In this document: in pieces, positions 58,701 through 64,000 of the stretch
Position numbering within the stretch: the first letter of the stretch is position 1
Layout of the letters: every line of letters starts with the position of its first letter
Source: Candidatus Moraniibacteriota bacterium
Lineage (GTDB): Bacteria; Patescibacteriota; Minisyncoccia; Moranbacterales; UBA1568
Length of the DNA stretch: 64,000 nt
NCBI GenBank assembly: GCA_052034935.1
Contig: JBPOIB010000004.1
Span: forward strand, 9,896 to 73,895
Reading direction: 5' to 3'
The notes under the pieces: model-generated
Seen by the model: only the letters and a program-made list of their open reading frames with translations
Databases searched by the model: none
What the model was told of the DNA's origin: nothing
Translations under genes and position numbers: made by a program

Positions 58701-58911
58701 TCGTATCGGCGGCCAGAATCTTCGGGATGACGCCTGAGAGGGTGAGGTAGAATCCGACAAGCGCTCCGAAGCTGAGGAAAAACAAGCTAACGGCATTGAA
58801 CTGCCATTTAGCGATGAGAATCTGCTTACGCCAAAGCGTTTTGGCGATCATTCGGATAGTTTTTGTTTTGCTCCAATGAAAAACCATGGCGGGGATTATA
58901 TATCCAATCAC
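52705..58911 (-). CDS. Giant membrane-anchored surface protein: LamG, beta-propeller repeats and multiple Fn3 domains
   Basis: N-terminal TM; LamG motifs (WHFDE, FTVEAW, WHHLAVSYDG, IDEVRI); about 14 GDAEVW..W..GGD repeats; Fn3 motifs (L.P.T.YY); start codon uncertain. Confidence 0.85.
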   Translation of the reverse strand: MIGYIIPAMVFHWSKTKTIRMIAKTLWRKQILIAKWQFNAVSLFFLSFGALVGFYLTLSGVIPKILAADTTDTWNFSVSGDYTPSDANTVEVTSSTARLKVQNYANDANTAALWHFDESSGNAADSSSNGNTGTVANTSYSAGSLNNALGFNGSTSSFTAADSGSLSLTGNFTVEAWTKFDSAFNATSNRNRQGILDKGPYQMYYDNETGKVAFEMAPSSANQWAQVAGPDMLNNNGVSVNIETNGSWDANGKNFVWRQVVVGGDIYVALGSITTGTTVTGDAEIWKCTDCATSPVWSKIGGDGVNGSWADGFYEDASSLASDGTNIYAGIGNSSGEAEVWRYNGSSWTKVGGDTVNSSWLIAAPGPYERVTTLVASGTTIYAGLGTTAGDAEVWRCTNCDGGSPTWAKIGGDGTGTGGQSWTNVYEEVSAMTIVNGTILAVGLGLTSGDGELWTCDLGGTCSTTAGWTKRGGDGTGAGGQSWGAYEEVRALTSSGTMIYAGLGNTPAGDAEVWRCDLGGTCTVTAGWTKVGGDGVNSSFNTNYERVWDLLASGTTVYAGIGDTAGDAEVWRCTSCDTAPAWGQIGGDGNGASGQSWGNATGASFLYASSLALMGTNLFVGASSAAGTSGAEVWRCDTGGTCSNTAGWTRLSGDYLNDSWGVFGMNGVKSMTTAGGKLYAGTGDDLAAAASNGNALVWEYDGTSWTRIGGQAKNGSWGYGHPTSTGVTYRSVTAMATYNTTLISGLGGGTNGDAEVWSWNGSTWTKIGGDGTGTGGQSWAAGTKRTIGSMTVIGSTLYVGLQGTAAGDGELWTCDLAATCTTTAGWTFRGGDATGAGGQSWNNSMFEAVWSMAVRGTNLYVGLGSSAGDAEVWTCDTAATCTQTVGWTKLGGDTVNSSWANSTYEEVSALTWYRGELYAGLGASTGDAELWKWDGTNWGGTAIAGDGLNGSWTDNLYERIKSLVTYNGDLIVGLGEGAGEGEVWRYNTTAWSRIGGDAANSGWTNLIERINALAVYDGRLYAGTGLTANSDATIWAYGGNIMVESTATSQDTDWHHLAVSYDGNTLKLYVDGVEDTSVATTATMLDTSHPLLLGIQAGSTVAGGVPSGFVGMIDEVRISNIARSSFNTTPYTNIRVAVQPTAAVRLIGTQSWDTFSTTETPNGGAITYRLSDDGGTTWKYWDGGAWSASSGFTQANDEATVNTNIPTFPVTEDGFLWQAIFLGNGDQQVTLNEVVMESTSDLVAPAAPNAITALDQSGGAVNLTTNTWYTYTAPYFSWSGATDAGAGIGGYYVYFGSDNTADPETAGTFQAGSTFVPSSLTSGNTYYLRIRTRDNAQNVSPIYAAFIYKLDSTGPQNPTGVTVAPSGYSSTNDFTFFWTNTAADAASGVDGYQYQVGASINPGSWSSTITATSVNLPGAAYQTGENFFYLRTLDIAGNVSSGSVQVAFYYSGTGPTAPQNADVSPATNSVNSFAFSWDPPSSYSGDVDDLTYCYTVNTLPSEITCSFTSAGATSVAASAFATQVGTNTFYVVAKNADIVGGAINYGAYDSVNFTANTSAPGIPLNIEIADVSVKSTSSWKIALSWEPPSSGASSVQDYEIFRSADGTTFTEAASTTGIAFVDTGLLQQTYYYKIRACDNVHNCGSFSTAVELLPSGRFTTAAELTAEPKVSLITTRAATISWGTDRVSDSKIQYGKGARSYFNEEPSNSDQLTDHEIKLSNLSPGTRYYFKAKWTDEDGNTGTSTEDSFETLPAPTVTDPQAKTVGLSNVVLEFTAQDANSVRIYYGTTASFGSVKEIATSTTKTTYNVTLDNLLDGTKYFYKINTLDSEEEEYDGSILSFETLPRPKISNVRIQQVRGSAQTIMLVSWSTNTETSSIVTYYPEGRPDESRDEVNVKLQKGEHKVMVRNLLPQTPYVLIVKGRDKAGNEAESDPQRFTTATDTRPPQVIDVNVEGTVSTKAGDDANEQSEAQLVVSWTTDELSSSQVEYGEGTGSSYAQKTQEDGNLVTNHTVIISGLTPSKVYHLRIISRDKAGNIGNSVDTVAITPKATANALDLVITSLRSILGQ

Positions 58912-58976
58912 ACCCGGTCCGAGAAATTTCTTCCGGTGTTTCCTTCAGTTTATCACGCTCCTAAAGGAAAAACCAC

Positions 58977-60029
58977 CTAAATTTTGAAGATGATCACGTC
59001 TCCGTCAGCAACGATGTATTCTTTGCCCTCAAGCCGGACCTGACCCTTCTCGCGTGCCGCTCCGTAACTCCCGGCTTCAAGGAGTTTTTCCCAATGGATG
59101 ACCTCAGCGCGGATGAATTTCTCTTCGAAATCGCCATGAATCGCCGCCCCAGCCTGTGGTGCTGTCGACCCTAAAGGAATCGTCCACGCTCGCGTTTCCA
59201 CTTCCCCGGTCGTGAAGTAGGTCATGAGGCCGAGGAGCGCGTACGCCCGAACAATCAGGTCCGAGAGACGCGACTGCATACCCATTTCGGCTGCCTCTTC
59301 CGGCGAAAGAGCAATCAGCTCTTCCTCGATCTTGATATCAAGCTTCACATGGGGTTTCTCCTCGAGCGCGCTTGGGAGCGCCGCGTCGATATCCGAAACA
59401 TTGTAAGCGTAGAGGAACGGCTTCGCGGTGAGGAGCTGCAGACCTTTCGCGATTTTCATTTCAGTTTCATCGGTCAGGCTCGAAACGATGCCATTGGCAA
59501 GTCGCCCAGCCTGAAGTTCAGTCTCGACTTTCTCTAAAAGCGCCAGCTCGAGAATTGCCTCCTTATTCCCCGTCCGCGTTTCTTTCACCGTCTTCAACTT
59601 CCGCTTCGTGACCGTTTCAAGGTCAGCGAGCATCAGCTCGGTATTGATGACTTCGATATCACTCACCGGGTCGATCTTGTTATGGACGTGGATGATGTCG
59701 TCATTTTGAAAAACCCGGACAACTTCGACGATGGCATCGACTTCGCGGATATTGGCCAGAAATTTATTACCAAGACCCTCCCCTTCTGATGCACCTTTGA
59801 CGAGCCCGGCGATATCGACGAACTCGACGACCGCAGGAACAATTTTCTTCGTTTGCGAAAAAGCTGCCAGCTTCGCCAGGCGGGCATCGGGCACTTCGAC
59901 GATGCCGACATTCGGCTCGATGGTGCAGAACGGATAGTTATTGATATCGACCGGCTTCCGGGTCAATGCTTTGAACAGGGTCGATTTTCCGACATTGGGA
60001 AGACCAACGATACCGACTTTGAGGCTCAT
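58977..60029 (-). CDS. ychF: Redox-regulated ATPase YchF
   Basis: [50 protein letters not shown]. Confidence 0.97.
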   Translation of the reverse strand: MSLKVGIVGLPNVGKSTLFKALTRKPVDINNYPFCTIEPNVGIVEVPDARLAKLAAFSQTKKIVPAVVEFVDIAGLVKGASEGEGLGNKFLANIREVDAIVEVVRVFQNDDIIHVHNKIDPVSDIEVINTELMLADLETVTKRKLKTVKETRTGNKEAILELALLEKVETELQAGRLANGIVSSLTDETEMKIAKGLQLLTAKPFLYAYNVSDIDAALPSALEEKPHVKLDIKIEEELIALSPEEAAEMGMQSRLSDLIVRAYALLGLMTYFTTGEVETRAWTIPLGSTAPQAGAAIHGDFEEKFIRAEVIHWEKLLEAGSYGAAREKGQVRLEGKEYIVADGDVIIFKI

Positions 60030-60172
60030 AGGGAACGAAAAAATGACTGATTGAACACTCCGGAGCTTAGCGCAAAAGAGGAAAAAGGGAAAGAAAAAAC
60101 GCTTCGGGTGTCTCACGACACTGCGAAGCGTTTCATTGGGGACGCATGGGTCCCTCTGCGATGGAGTCAGGC

Positions 60173-61378
60173 CTAGCAGGCCGACAGGACGATCTGCTGG
60201 CTGCCTTCGGTCCGGTTGAAGGTCACGCCCGTTCCGGGGGTCCACATCTGGTTCGAATCCGTCTCCTTCTGGATAACGAGCCAGCCAGCGCCGTAGAAAT
60301 CGGCCGCATAGTCCCAGACCGTCGCGTCAGTCGGACCGCTACCCTTGTAGACGGTGACATTGCCGGAGCCACACGTCACACCTTCGAAGACGACTTGGAA
60401 GTTGCCGTTGGCATCGACCGTCTGGAAGGCGACCTTGGTGGTGGGAGATGTGCTCCCGACACCCCAGCCAGGCTGTCCCTTGCCGTTGGCATCGTTCGAA
60501 TTCCAGGCGTACATGATGGCCTGGCTCGCGATGAGCTCGGTCAGCTGGCCGTTCTTGCCGAAGCCGGCGAGGGAGTTCGAGTTGAACTTGAGCGTCAGAT
60601 TGCCGCCCGTCCCGGTCTCGACCTTCGCTTGCTGGTAGCCGACGCCCACGAGGCCGTACTCGATGAGGCCAGCGTTCGGGCCGGACGTGAGCAGCATGGC
60701 TTGCATCGGTGCGCCAGCGTCCGACTCGAAGGTGAACTTGCGCTCGGAAGCGAAATCACCCCAGAGCACTTCGCCGTTTTCGTAGTCATCAGCGCCGCCG
60801 GAACCATCCTTGCCGGGCTTGAGCGCGCCCTGCATGATGACGGCGTAGGTACCGCGGTCGTTGTTGCTGGTGCGCGGGAGCTTGGCATAGTTCGGCACCG
60901 GACTGCCTTCACCCGTGAGCATCGGCCCGCAGGCGACCGAAGTACCACCGTTGACCCCCCAGCCGACCCGGCCGCCGAAGAGGCAGGCCCACTTGACCAG
61001 TTTCGGATCGACAAGCAGCGTCTCACCGGGCCGCGAGAGGCCGTAGATCTTGTTGTCGGCGGTGAGGGTGAATCCCCAGTACTGCTCGAACGGCAGCAAG
61101 GTGATCTTGCCACCCGATGTGGTCGGCAATTGGACCGACGATGAACCGGACACGGCGGCCTGGGTGGCAGCCATGATGGTGGCACGGTGGTCGGAGCCAT
61201 CGACGCCAGAACCCGTGGAGGGTGGCGGAGCCGAGATGACCGGCGGAGGGTTTTGCGTCGGCGGCGGATTGGATGTTGCGCCGCTGTCGCCGCCCCCGCC
61301 GCCACAGGCTGCGAGGGACAAAAGGGAGGCAGACACGGAGAGTGCCGCGAGGAAACGGAAAAGCCGTCGTTGGTTCAT
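60173..61378 (-). CDS. Putative lipoprotein (RR signal, LAAC lipobox) of unknown function
   Basis: MNQRRLF...LAACGGGGG; Pro-rich linker; AGGAG; TTGACA-17-TATATT promoter; terminator downstream. Confidence 0.75.
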   Translation of the reverse strand: MNQRRLFRFLAALSVSASLLSLAACGGGGGDSGATSNPPPTQNPPPVISAPPPSTGSGVDGSDHRATIMAATQAAVSGSSSVQLPTTSGGKITLLPFEQYWGFTLTADNKIYGLSRPGETLLVDPKLVKWACLFGGRVGWGVNGGTSVACGPMLTGEGSPVPNYAKLPRTSNNDRGTYAVIMQGALKPGKDGSGGADDYENGEVLWGDFASERKFTFESDAGAPMQAMLLTSGPNAGLIEYGLVGVGYQQAKVETGTGGNLTLKFNSNSLAGFGKNGQLTELIASQAIMYAWNSNDANGKGQPGWGVGSTSPTTKVAFQTVDANGNFQVVFEGVTCGSGNVTVYKGSGPTDATVWDYAADFYGAGWLVIQKETDSNQMWTPGTGVTFNRTEGSQQIVLSAC

Positions 61379-61576
61379 GATTACAGAACTCCTGTATCAG
61401 TTGTGAAGGGGCCACTGGTCGCCGTACAAGGCGGGTTGAGTGGCCTTGACGGCAACGTAGAAATATAGCGCGATTATGTATATTTGTCAACCCCGACAGC
61501 CTGTTTTTTAAGAAAAGAAAGCGCCCCACCCTGCGGAAGACAGGATGAGGCGTGAGGAACGAGGCATGGCCCCGGT

Positions 61577-62737
61577 TCAGAGAACGTTGAGACCGCCGAG
61601 ATTCGCCGGTGTCCAGAGAGGGCTTCTCGGGTTGAGCCAGACATCTTGCCCGCTCTTCAGGCGGAAGACGATGCTTCCCCGGTCATTGTTCGGCATGCCG
61701 GAGAGGTCGACGTACAGGTCGCCGGTGCCGGCCTCGATCTGGAGCACACCACGAATAGTACTCGTGTTGTCCCAGCCGGCGAGAGCCGATTCCCAGCGAG
61801 CATCCAGCACATCACCCGGCTTGGGCCGCGCCGACAGTCCGCCGAGCACATTCGCGCCGAAGTGGACGCGGAGCGTCTGGTCAGTGACGAACGCGATCTG
61901 GCCGAGTCGGTAGTTGCCGTGCTGGAGGGCGACATCACCGTTCGTGTACTCGACGAGTGTGAGACCACCCAGGCTCTCCCAGCGCGGACTCTTCGGATTG
62001 AACCAGACGGTCGAGCCGTTCTTGAGCCGGAGCGTGATATTGCCCCGGTCATTGTTCGGGAGGCCCGAGAGCTCGAAGAAGTAGTCCCCCGTTCCGGCTT
62101 CGGTCTGAAGCGCACCACGGACCGGACTGGTATTGTTCCAGCCAGTCCGTTCGGACTCCCACTGCGCGTATTCGACATCGCTTGCCTTCGGCGTCGCCGA
62201 CAGTCCGCCGAGCACATCCGCGCCGAAGTGGACGCGGTACGCATCCGCGCCGACAGCTGTGATGCGGCCGAGACGGTAGTTGCCGTATTGGAGCGCGCCG
62301 TCCGAAGTGACAGTGATGGGCTTTCCGGTGAACGCCCAGCGGCTCACGTCCCGACTGATCGCGAACGGGATGACTTCGCCTGTCTTCAGGATGACGGAGA
62401 AGTACCCCTTGTCCGAGCGGGCCGCGCCGGCGAGCACGATGACGCCATTCGCAGAGAATGGTGCGCGCACTTCCGAGGCTTCCCAGCCCTGGAGTTCCGA
62501 GATGAAGCGCACTTCCTTGGCTTCACTCGGCGTGATGACCCGGGTCGGGTTCTCGGTCGCGAGGCCTTGAAGCCGGCCGTGCGAAAGGTCAAAGGAGACG
62601 GTGATGTTGCTTTCACCGAGCGCGATCGTCCCGCCCTGGTTGTAGGCCGGAAAGGCGGTGTCTTCCTGATCGCCGCCACCGCAAGCCGCGAGAGCGAGTG
62701 TGCCCGGGAAAGCGAGAAGGAGCTCGCGTCGTTTCAT
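61577..62737 (-). CDS. Putative lipoprotein with 122-aa internal repeats
   Basis: MKRRELL...LAACGGG; DNA-level repeat with 366-nt spacing; GGAGG; TTGACA-17-TATAGT promoter. Confidence 0.78.
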   Translation of the reverse strand: MKRRELLLAFPGTLALAACGGGDQEDTAFPAYNQGGTIALGESNITVSFDLSHGRLQGLATENPTRVITPSEAKEVRFISELQGWEASEVRAPFSANGVIVLAGAARSDKGYFSVILKTGEVIPFAISRDVSRWAFTGKPITVTSDGALQYGNYRLGRITAVGADAYRVHFGADVLGGLSATPKASDVEYAQWESERTGWNNTSPVRGALQTEAGTGDYFFELSGLPNNDRGNITLRLKNGSTVWFNPKSPRWESLGGLTLVEYTNGDVALQHGNYRLGQIAFVTDQTLRVHFGANVLGGLSARPKPGDVLDARWESALAGWDNTSTIRGVLQIEAGTGDLYVDLSGMPNNDRGSIVFRLKSGQDVWLNPRSPLWTPANLGGLNVL

Positions 62738-62893
62738 GGGAAACCTCCCTTCAGAGGAATTGAGTGGCAAAAAAAGGACCGGCTGCACTATAGGAGGAAA
62801 TCATCGCTTTGTCAATTGAAAAATGGCCCATCAAAGCTTGCTGAAACGGACAAAAATTGCCACACTTGAGGCGTATCATTGACTTCATCCATT

Positions 62894-64000
62894 ATGACCG
62901 ACCCGAAGATTTTCAAGGCCTACGACATCCGCGGCATTTACGGTCCGGAAATCGACGACGACACCGCCTACCGGATCGGCCGAGCGCTCATCGTCCATTT
63001 CCAGGCGAAGACGATCGCCGTCGGACGCGATGTCCGAGCGTCCTCCCCGGCTTTGTTCGAAGCCTTCACTAAGGGCGTGATGGAACAGGGCGGCGATGTC
63101 ATCGACCTCGGTGTCATCACGACGCCGATGGTGCACTTCGCGGCCGGCCGGCTCGAAGCTGATCTCGCCGTCGCCATCACCGCGTCGCACAATCCGCCGG
63201 AATACAATGGAATCAAAGTCGACCTCAAAGGTGCGATCCCGGTCGGCGAAAAGACCGGACTCTCGGATATCCGCGATCTCGTCATGGCTGGCAATTTCCC
63301 CGAGAGTACGACCAAGGGCACTCTGACCGAAGAAGATATCCGTCCGGCCTACTATGCGTTCTTCTCGTCCTTCGGAAAACTCGGCTCGCGGCGCTTCACG
63401 ATCGCCATCGACACCGCCAACGCGATGGGTATCGTCGAGCTCCCGATTTACGACGCTTTCAAGGAAAATCTGACCATCCACAATCTCTACAACGACCTCT
63501 CACAGCCGTTTTCCGCCCATGAAGCAAACCCGCTCAAGACCGAAACGCTCGACGAGCTCTGCGCTCTCGTGAAAGAGAAAGGTGCCGACATGGGTATCGC
63601 CTATGATGGTGATGCTGACCGTATCGGCTTCGTCGATGAGACAGGCCGTATCATCCCGATGGACCTCATCACCGGCCTCGTCGCCGAGATTGTCCTCGAG
63701 AAGAATCCTGGCGCCACTATCCTTTATGACCTGCGCTCTTCGCGTGCGGTCAAGGAGGCGATTGAAGTGAAGGGCGGCAAAGCCATCGAATGCCGGGTCG
63801 GCCATGCCTTCATCAAGCGCCAGATGCGCGATGACGGAGCGATCTTCGCCGGCGAACTCTCGGGTCACTACTACTTCGTCGAAAACTCCTATGCCGAAGC
63901 CTCGACCCTCGTCGCACTTCACCTCCTCAACCTCATGGCCGAAACCGGCAAGACACTCTCCGAACTCGTGAATGAGCTCCGCCGCTACTCTCACTCCGGC
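62894..64000 (+). CDS. Phosphomannomutase/phosphoglucomutase, partial (runs off the right edge)
   Basis: MTDPKIFKAYDIRG, ITASHNPPEYNG, DGDADR, GELSGHYY. Confidence 0.93.
   Translation, partial: MTDPKIFKAYDIRGIYGPEIDDDTAYRIGRALIVHFQAKTIAVGRDVRASSPALFEAFTKGVMEQGGDVIDLGVITTPMVHFAAGRLEADLAVAITASHNPPEYNGIKVDLKGAIPVGEKTGLSDIRDLVMAGNFPESTTKGTLTEEDIRPAYYAFFSSFGKLGSRRFTIAIDTANAMGIVELPIYDAFKENLTIHNLYNDLSQPFSAHEANPLKTETLDELCALVKEKGADMGIAYDGDADRIGFVDETGRIIPMDLITGLVAEIVLEKNPGATILYDLRSSRAVKEAIEVKGGKAIECRVGHAFIKRQMRDDGAIFAGELSGHYYFVENSYAEASTLVALHLLNLMAETGKTLSELVNELRRYSHSG

Overview
Chromosomal segment from a bacterium using the standard code (TGA = stop), most likely Patescibacteria/CPR (Parcubacteria, Moranbacteria-like). 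This assignment is an inference from the compact gene set, core genes lacking Shine-Dalgarno sites, short Rel and UvrA, and many acidic or coiled-coil secreted proteins. Left end: an AT-rich SNF2-helicase/Mod/Res type III restriction-modification island. The core backbone includes msrA, uvrA, uvrB, five tRNAs, split class III RNR (nrdD/nrdD-Cterm/nrdG), dprA-topA, zur-ZIP, rel, a PilB-like ATPase, groL with CIRCE, ychF and a partial phosphomannomutase. GC-rich single-gene orphans, mostly with their own promoter, SD and terminator, are scattered through it. Best leads: (1) an ECF sigma factor fused to a NifL-like PAS domain directly upstream of the anaerobic RNR operon, plus a membrane CHASE4-PAS sensor with no output domain whose PAS is clearly related, possibly a PAS-PAS coupled sigma-control system; (2) a 152-nt tRNA-Asp-like element with a full acceptor stem and CCA downstream of tRNA-Asp; (3) an unannotated ~190-nt structured RNA between a promoter and a terminator; (4) an ApbE flavinylation cluster lacking a canonical substrate; (5) a 2068-aa surface protein with ~14 propeller repeats inserted inside a LamG domain, next to an ABC exporter; (6) two twin-arginine lipoprotein-like genes sharing an unrecognised NNDRG repeat domain. 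All calls come from reading the sequence; no searches were run.
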